From assembly GCF_000143415.4 (NCBI RefSeq), contig NW_003314363.1, positions 434,001 through 498,000 on the forward strand: DNA of 64,000 bases, written 5' to 3'. Below, one piece after another: positions 1 to 12,480 of the stretch (positions within the stretch are counted from its first letter, which is position 1; every line of letters begins with the position of its first letter). The notes beneath the pieces were generated by a model. That model worked only from the letters and a program-made list of their open reading frames with translations. It ran no database searches and was not told where the DNA came from. Origin of the DNA: Selaginella moellendorffii (taxonomy: Eukaryota; Plantae; Lycopodiophyta). Both the position numbers and the translations under genes were made by a program.

Positions 1-649
1 TTTTCCCCTTTGTTTTTCTAACAGATGCCTCGCCTTTACTGCAGATTCGGGTTGGTCTCCGTGAAAAAACGAAGTCCGTATGGATGCGAGAAGAGAACGA
101 TCGCCAGATTCACTGCTCCCTCGCTTCCTTGGAAACTCTCGCTTTGCATCACAAACTACGATAAATTCTGTGGAAACTCGAAGTAACTCGAGAGGTAAGA
201 AGCTTTGCGATTGAAAACCTAGACTTTGGACTTTCACTTCGCTTCGAGAAGCCATACAAAAAAAGAAAGGAGGAAAAGCCAAGAACAAACTGCACGGCTT
301 TGCGTGGGCCATTTTACATCTTACACCTTGTCAAAAAGCTGCAAAAGCAAATTCACAGTGGTGGGAGATATCTTTGCTTCTCCACACTCCTGGAGTAAAA
401 AAGCGGAATTTTCCATGAAAATCCTATGTTTTCTCCCGTCAATGTACCTTTTCAGTGGAATCTGTGTGATGAAAAGAAAAGCTGCCTTCCACTCAATCTC
501 TCTTAACTCCGCCAGTACGTTTAACAAAACCTAAAAAGTTCTGCCCTAAGTCAATGCATTGTCAACGGTCAGCTGCTTTTGTGTGATGCCAGGTGGCACT
601 TTCAAATCCACAAGCTTTTAGGGTTTATGCGCGACGCGAGCGAGCGAGC

Positions 650-3600
650 ATGGCAGCGGCGGCAGCAGGCGCGGCAGTCTCCGCAGAGCCAGGTCCGCTA
701 TGCTCCCAATTCTCCTACATTTCTAGCACAGCGAGCGCCGCAAGGTCGGTGCTGCCGCTGCTCGCGCCAAGAATTTCGATCGCGCCCGTTCAGGAACTCG
801 AATGCAGGCCTAGCTCCTGCCTCCGGTAAGCTGGAATTGGTAGCCGTGGTGAAATTCTCGCGAATTGATTCTTCCCATGTAGCGCGAGTAGATGTCGTGT
901 CGTCCCTAGAGCCAAATCCAGTGTGGACAGTGACGAGCAGCTCACTGTTGAGGTTCTTGGAGATGAGGGATACACGTTTGATCCATCCAGCGTTTCTTTC
1001 TCCACTGGTAAGCTATACCTTCCAAACTCTTTCTTTTCTTCCTGTTTACATCTTTTTAATCTCGTTGTGTTTTGGAAATTCAAGAGCGCTGGGAGGAGCT
1101 TGATACGGATGTTCTCGAGATTATAGATTCCTCCTCCACGAATACTCCTCCTGTTGTTGCGGTCTCGTTGCGGTCTCCTCTCGTCCCGTGGCGCTCGATT
1201 TTCCGAGGTGGTATCGAGAACTTGACAACGCAGGTGAAAGAGGCAGTCGAGAAGACTAGATCACAAGGACACAACTGGGCGCGGAACAGCAAAGTGGCTC
1301 AAGTTCTTCACAGTGATAAGAAAGTTATCTCCAAATGGACGATGGAAACAGCTCTTACTGTAATCTCGGAAGCGCTTTTCCTGACGAGTTCTGCGGATTC
1401 ATCGACGGCTCCTGCAGAGAAACCAGTGTGGCAGGCACCTTCGTATCGTGGTACTATACTTTTATTTTCACTGATGTCTCTTTTTGTGAGTTTTCTTTAG
1501 TATTATCTGTACAGGGCTATCCGGTTGGGACCTTGTCGCTGCTGATATCGCAACCATAAGACAGTATTTTGACAACGTAAAAATGCAGCTAGCTATCTGG
1601 AAGCTACCGCTGCAAGAAGCTTATGATCCTGAAGATCTCGCCGTCTATTTCAATGCAAGACCACATCTCTTGCTGTTCCGGGCTCTCGAGGTAATACCCC
1701 TTATTTTTTACTGTAAAGCTCATTATTTTCTGTTCAGGTTTCTGCAGCATTTAGCTATCTCTTCGTATGGTACATGTTCGAAAAGAGCATCACGCCGTTG
1801 ACAAAAAGAGAGCCGTCTTCTGAAGAGGAGAACAAAAAAATGATGATGAAAACGGCTGAAATGTTTAAGCAAACTGTTTTGAGGCTTGGCCCGACTTTCA
1901 CAAAAGGTACTTTCCTGTTGATTATGTTAATGCTTTCTACTAAATCTTCTTGTTAAACTAGTTGCTCAGTCGTTGTCAACAAGATCAGACTTGATAGGCC
2001 CGGAAACTGCACAGGTACATATACGCACGCAGATAAGTTCGTCTGCTAGCTAATAAAATTCATAGAGCAGGTTTTGGGAGATCTACAAGATCGTCTGCCA
2101 CCGTTTCCTAATGAAATGGCTTTGCTTCTAATAGAGCAAGAGCTTGGCCGCCCGATAAGCGAAGTGTTCTCCTATATATCGGAAGAACCCGTGGCAGCCG
2201 CTTCCCTTGGACAGGTCTGCTATTTCTGGTGGCATAATAGTTTTCATTTCATGAAAATATCAGGTCTATAGAGGACGAACGAGGGACGGACAGGACGTGG
2301 CTGTGAAGGTTCAAAGGCCAAACATTTTTTATTCCGTCGCACGTGATGTTTATATCCTTCGCCTTGGGGTAAGCATATCGGTGCTGTTTTCTGGATTGTA
2401 GCTGATTGTAGCACTCCTGCAGCTGGGGCTGGTACGTAAGGTTGCGGGCATTAACAGTGATTTATCGGTTTTCGCTGACGAAGTTGGGAAGGGCCTGTAC
2501 GGTGAATTGGACTACAGGCTTGAAGCACAGAACGCGTCTGCGTTTGCAGTGAGTGTGCAAATTTTCTTCTTCTCCTTTACACCTTGCTAATATTCATGCA
2601 ATCCAGGTGGCGCTTACACCAAAGTTACCCTTCGTTGTGGTTCCAAGAGTCTTGCGTCACTTGACGACAAAGAAAGTGATGACAATGGAATGGATATCGG
2701 GTACGCGTCCAGTGGACCTTCGTAGAGTTGCGAAAGGACAGGACACTGGGGCTACTCTAGAGCTTCGACGGGAAGCCACAGACCGTCTCTTGGAAATGGT
2801 AAAAGAAATGGATTGTAATGTCATGCACTGGTTTCTAAAGTCTTGTGCAGGTTAACAAGGGCGTGCAATCTTCTTTGACGCAGCTGCTTGATGTTGGTAT
2901 ATTGCATGCCGATCCACATCCTGGAAATATTATCTATACTTCGGACAACAGTATTGCGTACGAAATGTTTTAATATCTATTCACTGTGCATTCACTTTCA
3001 ATTGCAGGTACCTTGATTTTGGACTGATTTGTCGAATGGAGAAAAAACATCAATACGCTATGATTGCGGCCACTGCCCATCTTGTGAACGGGGATTGGAG
3101 TTTTTTAGTCGATGATTTGGCTGAAATGGACGTGGTGAAGCCTGGGACTAACCGGTTCCGGCTGAGATTGGTAAATATCCAAGGTTTGTTTTGCATATTG
3201 TTATTCACATTTTCTTTCGTTGCAGGCTCTCGAAGATTCGTTAAATGGATTCGTTGTTAAGAATGGTTTACCAGATTTCAAGTTCAGTCAGGTCTGATTT
3301 TTACGTAAATGTAATCGTTCATCTTATGCTTCGTCTTTCAGATTATAGCAAAATTGTTCGGTGTAGCTTTAAAGTTTCGGTTTCGTCTGCCAGCATACTA
3401 TACTCTAATACTGCGCTCGATTGCTTCGCTAGAAGGTACGTTATCATCCATTACAGGAATGTCATACTAAAAATTTCATCTCTGCAGGAATGGCCCTGGC
3501 AGTCGACCCGAACTTTAAGGTTTTTACGAGAACATACCCGTTCGTGGTCAATCGTCTTCTTTCAGATAATTCGGCTCCTATGAGACGAATCTTGCGAACG

Positions 3601-4304
3601 GTAATTTTCTTTGGAAAACTCTTGAGTCTGACGGTGAAAATCTCGCTTGTACACAGCTGCTTCTTACAAATAAAAAGGAGTTCCGTTGGAATCGTGTTGC
3701 ATCTTTGATAAGCATTACTTCCACCGAGTAAGCAACCAATCGCAAAAGAATCCAACTCTTAGTTCACTTGTTTATCCTTTCTAGGCCGGCCGCATCGAAT
3801 GCCACGACGAGTCTGGAGCCCACACTGTGCAAGCTTCTTCTGTCAAGCAACGGCGCCTCACTACGTCGGATCATCTTGGAAGCGGTTCGTAGTTTCACTT
3901 CTTTTCTCTCCAAGAATTAAACCTTCTGAGTTTTACAGGACACGAAATCACTGGCCCGCGCATTCGTCTCCAAGGAGGCGGCACCGGTGAGACTAAAGGT
4001 GGCCAAGCTTCTCGCCGACGCGTTTTACCTGCACGGCAAGAAGCTCTTGCAAGAGCACGCGAGCGTCGAGATCGACGAGCGATCCAAATTGTCGTCTCCC
4101 ATTGCAAGCACCAGGCAGCTGCAGTTTCTTCTGAGAGCACTCGTGGCGAGGCTGCAAAAGACTCCCCTACTCCTGCTAAGAGCCGGATGGACAACGGCGA
4201 CGGTCATGGGCTGGGCTCTAGCCGCGGCCTTCCATCGACTGGCGGTGGGCATGAGCTACACATACCTGGAACCAGCCCCGAGTACCCGCGCTGCAACAGC
4301 ATAA
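650..4304 (+). CDS. ABC1/UbiB atypical kinase (ABC1K family, At2g39190-like), multi-exon, probably plastid-targeted
   Basis: Exons encode LRLGPTFTK, LQDRLPPFPN, EEPVAAASLGQV, VAVKVQRP, ELDYRLEA, MTMEWISG, HADPHPGN (~2905), YLDFG (~3010) and ALAVDPNFKV. GT-AG introns of about 50 nt; Ala/Ser-rich N-terminus from ATG 650; stop at 4304. Confidence 0.9.
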
Positions 4305-4917
4305 GAAGAGGCTGAGCGGGCTTATTATTTGTACTAGTAATTGCTGGGCGGTTGGCAAAGTTTTCCACCATAGGAATTATGTCAGCGTACATAAGAGCGC
4401 ATGCAAGACTTTACCAAAATGGGTCCACGCTTGATCTTCTTCCAGAGAGTTTTTCTCCATCGGGGACAACATATGCTTGGAAACTGAGTAAAAAGGAACT
4501 TCCAGCGAGGAGACCAGTGCGTTTCAAGGTGGCCTCCAAAGATGAGTATCATGTCAAGTCCAAGCTACTTTAGTCACAAATCACAATATCAAATGTCACT
4601 AAAAGAACAAACATCAGAGGAGTGAAGTTCTGATCGTCGGCCCCGGGGGGGATGCAGTCTAAAGAGCCGACAGAAACAAAACCGTCTATCGCCGTCCAGC
4701 GCCCGCCATGAGATCCATGCCTGCGCCTGTCTAAATCCATCGCCACTTGATCGCTTAGCATCCTTGATCTTGTCCCAAGAAAAATGGCCTAAAGTTTCAA
4801 GGGCGTGTGAAAAAGCCCTATAGATCACTTCGCCTCTGGGAGTGGCTGGGAAGATGATGTAGTGATCATAGAATCTGTTGCAAGGTGAGAATTTTCTGTG
4901 TTCTTCTCACTTAAAAG

Positions 4918-6382
4918 ATGGAGGCCTTATGGCGCTCAAGGTATGTGTTGAATTTCTTTCTCTCTAATTTTCTTTTTTCTTTTCTCTCTCTTTTGTTGTG
5001 TACAGCCGAGGGGGGAAGGCCCTACGGCGCTCAAGGTGTTGTTGAATTTCTTTCCTTTGATTTTTCTCTAATTTTGCTTTTTGTTTTTGTTTTTCAGCCG
5101 AATCGGGAAAACCTAGGGAAGCTTACCATTGAACCTTCAGATGCATATACTATCTTTGTTACCAGTCGAAGACATAGTGTGGTCGCATTTGGTTTGCAAA
5201 CAATGGGATTCTCTGCTAAATGATCCACATTTCAAAGCATTATGGGCCCGAAACAGCCGCTACAGAACACCTACTTTCGTATTGCTGCAGGAAGGAACTA
5301 ACACAGAACTTTTAAAACAGCGAACTCGCTACTACAAATATCCTTCAGGGCCTTACAGGTTGCAAGATTTACCTCGGGGTTGGGACTCCTGGCTTACACC
5401 GGAAGGTTCAGAACTATTCTTGTCCGCAGGTGGCCTGGTCGTATGCATCATCGAGGAGAATTACGAGACACGTTTCTTCGTTGGGAACCCGCTAACGCAA
5501 CAATGGGTGACCGTACCTGCACTTAAAACTTCAGCACAGTGTCGCCGGTCGTTCATGCTGATCCCGTACATGAGTGAAGGTTTGATGTTCTTCAGGATGG
5601 CGATTGACCCATATTTGTTCGACTCCAAAGTGGGGATTTGGACATTTCCTCCCTATCAAACCATGTGGACGTTGTCCTCCAACACGTTGCACATACAAGG
5701 AGTGCAATACGGTCTTGGGATTTGTCAGCAGCACAGTGCAGTTGTGCTGCTGGAGATTGATGATCTGGGAGCTCTTAGCGAATCGAAGTGGCTGTGGGCC
5801 TGGGACGTGGGTACAATTCCGTCTTTGTCTTACTCGTACATGCTCGAAATTGGCGGTGAGATTGGGATACTCGTTGCAACGATGGATTGGGAGGTCGTGG
5901 TTTTGGTGCTGGACAGGAAGAGTGGTAAAGAATGGAGCTGGAGGAAAGTCTCAGCATTACCCAAACACTTCTACAGGCACTTGCACGACTGGGTGCCTTT
6001 GTTTGACAGCAGGACATGTTGTACACATGGCAATCTTACGTTCTTGTGTGTAGGGATGCAGGTTCTGGTATTTGATTCCCAACGCATGACATGGGAGCTG
6101 GTTGGGAAACGTTTGTTGCGTACAATGGAGCTGCTTGTTTGGGTGCCCGACTTCACAGCTGTCCCAAATGTTAACACGCCCAGCGAGAAGTTGAAGCAAA
6201 GTTGTGCCAGCAAATATCCAGGGGGCAGCTTTCATATTACACCTGGAACGTTCTCAGGTGAAGAGAAGAGTTCCCTATATACATGTGCGGTTATTGATTT
6301 GTACTTGGTCGAATTTTCTAGAGGTGGAGGCTCTTTCAAAGCGTGGGATGCCATGGCAACAGATTGGAGAGGTCGCACTTGA
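4918..6382 (+). pseudogene. F-box protein gene copy A with a nonsense codon at the start of the F-box; frame open from internal Met 5141
   Basis: Exons 4918-4940, 5006-5035 and 5098 onward read MEALWRSSRGGKALRRSSRIGKT, then TAG at 5114-5116 (TGG in copy B). F-box SLPLNLQMHILSLLPVEDIVWSHLVCKQW is followed by F-box-associated motifs SAGGLVVC and FFVGNPLTQQWVTVP. Confidence 0.8.
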
Positions 6383-6685
6383 TCGGAACAAAGGTAACCG
6401 TACCATTTTATTCTGTGTGATTTCCTTGTTGACAAAGTGTTTGGGCAGCGGTATTTATGCTACATTTGATTGCTTAAATGGGGTTCTTTAATTTGAGAAA
6501 ACCGCGCTGAGATCTTTTCTAGAGCTGGAGGCTCTTTCAATGGCAACAGATTGGAGAGGTCGCGGTTGATCGGAACAAAGGTAACCGTAGCATTTTCTTG
6601 TGTGTGATTTCCTTGTTAACAAAGTGTTTGGGCAGCGGTATTTAGGTTATATTTGATTGCTAAATTGGTTCTTTAAATTATTATT

Positions 6686-6963
6686 ATGCTTTATTTTGTT
6701 AAAGTGGAACTTTTCATTATCCCACTTATGGTGTGTGGCCACATGCCATTTTTATAACAACAATAAAAAATTGAAGTTTTAGCTTTATAATTTATAGATT
6801 AAAAACTTTTCATATGATTTTGTGTTATAATATTGTGAAATATAAAAAATAAATTAAAAAACTGATAGAAATATTAATAAATATTAATTAAGTACTAGGA
6901 AATGCACATGCTAATTAATGTCCCACTTTACTGAATAAGTTCCACTTTAACAAAATAAAGCAT
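6686..6963. mobile_element. MITE, 278 bp, with 27-bp perfect terminal inverted repeats and an apparent 4-bp TSD (TATT)
   Basis: TIR ATGCTTTATTTTGTTAAAGTGGAACTT at both ends with an AT-rich interior. Paralogous empty sites read aaattattatttgag (~17735, and inverted at ~8490 and ~23695). Confidence 0.9.
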
Positions 6964-7006
6964 TATTTGAGAAAACCAGCATAAGCGCTGAGATCTTTGT
7001 GCCATA

Positions 7007-7640
7007 ATGATCATAGCAAAATTATTTGCTGTAGCTTTGAAGTTTTGGTTTTGTCTGCCAGCATACTATACTCTAATACTGTGCTCATTTGCTTTGTTAG
7101 AAGGTACTTTATCATCCGTTACAGGAAATTCATTCCATCTCTGCAGGAATAGCACCAGCAACTTTAAGTTTTTTAAGAAAACATACACGTTCATGGTCAA
7201 TCGTCTTCTTTCAAATAGTTGGAGACGAATCTTGTGAACAGTAACTTGCTTTAGTCTGACGGTGAAAATGTTGTGCACAGCTGCTTCTTACAAATAAAAA
7301 GGTTCCACCCAATCGCTTAAAAGAATCTGTCCACTCTTCAAGCAATGGCTTGGAAGCGGTTTGTAGTTTCATTTCTTCTCTCCAAACTTACCTTTTGAAT
7401 TTACAGATCACTAGCCGTCTAGGCACCAGACCAAAGGTGGCCCAGCTTCTCATGGATGCGTTTTACCTGCACGGCAAGAAGCTGCACGCGAGCGGAGCAA
7501 TCAAAATTGTCGTCTCCCATTGCAGGTAGCTGGAGTGCTCAAGAGGCTGCGAAAGACTCCTCTACTCCTGCTAAGAGCCGGATGGACAACTGGGCAGCAG
7601 TGGCCACGACTGGAACAAGCCCCGAATATCCGTGCTGAAA
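7007..7640 (+). pseudogene. Decayed DNA-level copy of the ABC1K 3' half (about 3340-4290)
   Basis: Recognisable peptides FWFCLPAYYTLIL, MVNRLLSN and RLRKTPLLLLRAGWTT. Introns are retained; stops and deletions are present. Confidence 0.85.
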
Positions 7641-8118
7641 CAGCACAACAGATGGTTGATGATTGCAAACCTTCGAAACCATTATTCAAGATTTTTAGGT
7701 CTGAAGAACCTCAAGAGCATAGTTTAGGTGTTTTTATTTTGTTATTTTAACATTAGTATTAGAGATGCAATGGTGGACCAAGATAAATGTTAAAAGCCTA
7801 ATGTAGATGGTGGCTAATGGAGATGTAGAGATTTGAATTATCCATGAAATTGTTTATGTCCTTAATAAAAATTAGCAATAGATGCTAAAAGAGATTCATG
7901 GCATGATAATTGCTATACATGGGCATGTTAGTAATGCTCCAAATAAAAGATCAAACTTAAATTTTTCTAATGATGGTAGAATGTCAACTTGGTTAACAAA
8001 TGTGAAAAAGTTCTTAGCTGCTAAAGGAATCCTAAATGTAAAAGATTTAGTAATTATTCCAGTGGTTTTACATGATTCATATGAGAATATCCCAAAAGAA
8101 TCACCATCTTCTCGAAAG

Positions 8119-8190
8119 TGAACCCAGCGTGACTCGAACACGCAACCTTCTGATCTGGAGTCAGACGCGCTACCGTTGCGCCATGGATCC
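8119..8190 (-). tRNA. tRNA-Trp (CCA)
   Basis: Reverse complement folds as GGATCCA-TG-GCGC AACGGTA GCGC-G-TCTGA CT CCA GA TCAGA-AGGTT-GCGTG TTCGAGT CACGC-TGGGTTC-A. A TTTT terminator lies about 20 nt downstream. Confidence 0.95.
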
Positions 8191-8489
8191 CTCTCACGTG
8201 GAAGAACAGAATATTCTCATGGCAAACAGATTTTAGGTCTATCTTAAACTGATTTTTTAATGGTAAAATTGTTAAGGATCTATATCTACTATAGATAAGT
8301 TTAAAGTTACTTTTCATTTACATTTTACCCCTCAAAACTACTTGCATAGAATGGGAAAATTGAGGGGTAGGATGTTGAAAGGAAGAAAGATTGAGCAATT
8401 TCTAATTGTGAAAATATTGCAAAGACTTTAACAAGGATTTAGCATATTCAATACTTGTGCACAAGCACTAGTTTTGCGATAGCACGTTT

Positions 8490-8678
8490 CTCAAATAATA
8501 ATTTTAAAGAACCTTATTTAAGAAATCAAATGTAGTGTAAATACACCCAAACACTTTGTCACCAAGGAAATCACACACAAGAAACTGCTACGGTTACCTT
8601 TGTCTGTGACCTCCCCAATCTGTTGCCATGCCATCCCACGCTTTGAAAGAGCCTCCACCTCAATGAGAGAGAGAGAGA

Positions 8679-8724
<46 letters not shown>

Positions 8725-9392
8725 ACTTCTCCATCACCTGAGAACATTCCATAGCCGGCATCAAAGCTGCCCCCTTCAACTTCTCGCTGGGCGTGTTAAC
8801 ATTTGGGACGGCTGCGAAGTCAGGCACCCACACAAGCAGCCCCATTGTACACAACAAACATTTCCCAAGCTCCCATGTCATGCGTTGGGATTCAAATACC
8901 ACAACCTGCATCCCTACGCATAAAAACGTGAGATTGCCATGTGTACAGCATGTCCTGCTGTCAAACAAAGACACAAAGCTGCTCTCCTTGTGGAAGTGTT
9001 TGTCGAAGTGTTTGGATAATGTTGAGACTTTCCTCCAGCCCCATTCTTTACCACTCTTCCTGTCCAGCACCAGAACCACGACCTCCCAATCCCTCGTTGC
9101 AGCGAGTAACTTAATCTCACCGCCAATTTCGAGCATGTACGGGCTAGACAAAGACGGAAGTGTGTCCATGTCCCAGGCCCACAACCACTTCGATTCGCTA
9201 AGAGCTTCCAGATCATCAATCTCCAGCAGCACAACTGCACTGTGCTGCTTACAACACCCAATTGCACTCCTTGTATGTGCAATGTGTTGGAGGAGAACGT
9301 CCAGATGGTTTGATAGGGAGGAAGTGTCCAAATCCCCACTTTGGAGTCGAACAAATATGGGTCAATTGCAATCCTGAAGAACATCGAACCTT
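8490..9392 (-). pseudogene. Inverted, 5'-truncated F-box gene fragment (C-terminal domain only)
   Basis: Encodes MFFRIAIDPYLFDSKVGIW...VWVPDFAAVPNVNTPSEKLK on the minus strand, with a frameshift and no F-box motif. Confidence 0.88.
8665..8721. repeat. (GA)n microsatellite
   Basis: About 28 GA units with one interruption; the paralogous tract at ~23869-23892 has about 12 units. Confidence 0.95.
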
Positions 9393-11099
9393 TGTTGAAT
9401 CCTTTCGGTGCCTGCATGAGGCTCCTGCACAAGCTTGTGGAGGAGCTGCCAAATTTTATGTTGAATTTGCATGGGAGAACTCCACCAAGTTTCATGGGGT
9501 GGAGACTTGCGATTATGGGAAGTCCCTCCAAAAGCCGGACCATTCTACGCTACCTTCATTCAATTCAAGGATAGTCCATACAAGAAGCATCAACAAAGAA
9601 ACAAAGACTTTCCCTTCCATTCCAGTATGGACACTCACAAGCACGGAGGCAATCGTCTGGAGAAGAAGAGAGTCCAAGTCTGCGCGTGGCAAGACGCAAT
9701 TGCAAAGCAGTTGTTCCCGCAAAGAGCCGTCTATGCTTGCCAGTATCCCACAAGGACCAGCCTTTGGCCGTTTCGCATCCTCTCTGCCTTATGATGCACT
9801 ATGGTGATTTTCATTATTAAATTATTATTACATGTTTTGACTATGGTTTACTTTTTAATAGAATATTCCTACTTTTAAATGGTTCTTAGAAGAAAGTAGT
9901 AAACACAAAGTTGTCACAACTTACTTTATTCTGGAAAACCTCTCCAAACTTGGTTTTTGACTATCTATCATTTTAAGCACCAAAATATTAGGAAGGGAAA
10001 GAACATTCACCTTTTGGATTTGCCTCCAAAAGCTCTTGAATTAGATTTAATTAACTTATTTATTAGATTTAGAACAAAAGTTTTATCATGGAGAGGTTAT
10101 ATAAGCTGAAGCCATTAACATTTGGAGTCTGAAATTCTCTACCCACACTTCTAGAATCCAATACCTTAAAATGTTATAAGTATTTTAAGCAATTTGGAGC
10201 TCAAGATCAAAATCATGACTAACAAATTAAGGAATTGATTGCTTTTAAAAGATTACACTAAAAAATTCATGAAGTGTCTATTTTCTGAGTCTGGCAAAGT
10301 TGCCCATTACCTTTTTAGCATTTATTTTACCATAAATTTTACTATTGTATGCATGTATTTGTTTATAATCCTAAAAGAAAGCAATTGACAAAACCATTAA
10401 AAAATAGACACAACACCATAAAAAGAGATAGAAATAGCATTGTCCACCTATGCCTTAAAGTTAAGACTTTCAAGTGGTGTTTCCTCTTCTAGGAAAATTA
10501 GGCTCTCTATTTAGCATCATGCTCATTTTGCAATTCCATAGGCTCATTTTTTAAATTTTTTTTGATGTAGTTTTTAAATATAAAGTCACATCTAACCAAA
10601 ATGTCCCTTGACACTTAGCCCATTAGCAACTATAGATACCTGTTTTAATAGTTATCAAAAGTGGCTCCTCTATTCTGTCTCAAAATCTCACAATGACTTA
10701 TTCACTAATTATGTATTCATAAAATCTATTTAATTGTAAAGCTATTTCTAAATATAAAGGATATATGAGTTGATATCTACTTACTTCATCGAAATCTTTG
10801 CATATGACAATTATACATTACTCTTTCTAAATGTACATAAGTTATTATTAGAATCTAAATTACATCTCAATGCTCAAGAATAACAAATATTATAAACAAA
10901 ATAATATTATTGTTATAAGTGTATGGAATATGGAAATGGAATACAGAAATATGCATATTAATTAGCCCAAAAACCTAGTTTATATATAAAAGCGAGTGGT
11001 CCAAGGGATGATGTGAGGTTCAAATATACAATTACACTACCATATACTAATATTCACATAGTGGGATTTTGGTAGTTATCAGATTGGTTTCAATCTTAG

Positions 11100-12070
11100 A
11101 ATGATGGAAGACAACCAAGGTTTTCTTGTGGATGGGCCGGGATTTAGAGAAACATCAAAAGGTGACATCGATGAATTTATAGGTGGTGCTAATTGTTCTT
11201 AATCTCTTTGTATGAAGCATTTTAACTATAGCATATACACAATTTCTAGAGAATTAATTTGTTAGACATCTTATTGAACCTCATAAATTTGCAGTCCAAC
11301 TTGCCGTAACATCTAATATGGTCCCTTCCACTGAGCAAAAATCCCCTTAAATAAACTATGTACCATAATATTGGGAAAACAAATTAACACCAAGTCATCC
11401 ATTTTGTACTTCATAGGTGAACAATAATGGGAGTTGTAGTGTTGTTGTTGTCCCACTTATACATGGCCTAAGTGTTTGGCAAACTCTACTTAGGTAAGTG
11501 GAAGAATGGTTATCAAATACTAATCCCAAGACCTAGCATCGGTAGTCATGACAATCACAAAAGTAAACTCAATTCCATTGGTAGTATCAAATCATGACTA
11601 TATAAGAGTTTATATAGTAAAGCATCAACAAAACTTTACATCCATGTGATATATGCATATTAAAGAGATAGTAAGTTACCATCTCAATCCGAATGTTGAA
11701 AATTCACATACTTAATAATCATCCTTTTGAAGGTCCAAACGAGTCATTCCACCAAATCATTTGATTATGAATAATAAACACTCATGAAAATGTGGTATAT
11801 CCCTAATTGAGACATTAAGACATGAAATGCCTCAACTATAAATATAAAACCATTATCTAAAAGAATTTTCTCTAGACAGGAATATTGAAACACCACTCGA
11901 TTGAGGAGAAAGTATTCAATAGCAATTGCAGATGCACTAGCAAGAGCACCAACTTCTACCTAACAAGTCAAGCAGTTAGAAAAAATAATGATATACTCAT
12001 TACCAACAATCGACTATGGAAAATGCCCCGTCAAATCAAACGCCACCAACTCAGACAAATAAGAAATTGC
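11100..12070 (-). mobile_element. Degenerate Ty3/gypsy-type integrase (rve) relic
   Basis: Minus-strand translation ELVAFDLTGHFP*SIVGNEYII...VEVGAL...FLLNRVVFQYSCLEKILLDNG...LGIYHIF...Y..SNDLVE matches the D,D,E integrase core, with many stops. Confidence 0.75.
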
Positions 12071-12199
12071 AATTAACTTCAATTGTCCTTTTGTAGCATG
12101 AAGGGGAATACTACGAGCTTAGTGCTGTAAGGAACCAACTCCCCGATATGTCAAAGGCTAAAGGATCACCGACCAAAATGATAAAGAGTTCATCAGATG

Positions 12200-12480
12200 A
12201 AATCGAGTCCGAGATCAAGTCCATAACCAGCTTTAAAACCGAGTTTGAGACCGAGTCCAAGATCGAGTCTGAGACCGACTCCGAGACCGAGTTCAAGACC
12301 GAGTCTGAGACCGAGTTCAAGACCAAGTCCGAGATCCGAGATTGGGTCCGCGACCGAGTCCGAGATTGAGTCCGAGACAGAGTTTGAGGTCGGGTCCGAG
12401 ATAGAGTCCGAGATCGAATTCGAAACCAACTCCAAGACCGAGTCTGAGACCGAATTCGAGACCGAGTTCAAGACTAAATC
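12200..12480. repeat. Degenerate hexamer minisatellite (CCGAGA/CCGAGT)
   Basis: Repeating gagaccgagtcc-like units with many transition substitutions. Confidence 0.85.

Larger units (their letters stand above)
4200..12070. repeat. Segmental duplication, copy 1 (partner about 15533-26615)
   Basis: Colinear high-identity blocks in the same order in both copies: ABC1K 3' end, F-box gene, ABC1K pseudo-fragment, inverted F-box fragment, AT-rich DNA, integrase relic. Confidence 0.9.

Noticed and set aside
1-540. Possible exon at 25-195 and short ORFs 226-534 and 321-527
   Set aside because: Splice-like signals exist, but no recognisable protein; cannot be assigned without upstream sequence.
9393-9800. 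Coding-looking DNA fused to the inverted F-box fragment (also 24564-24845)
   Set aside because: Frames differ between the two copies and no family was recognised.
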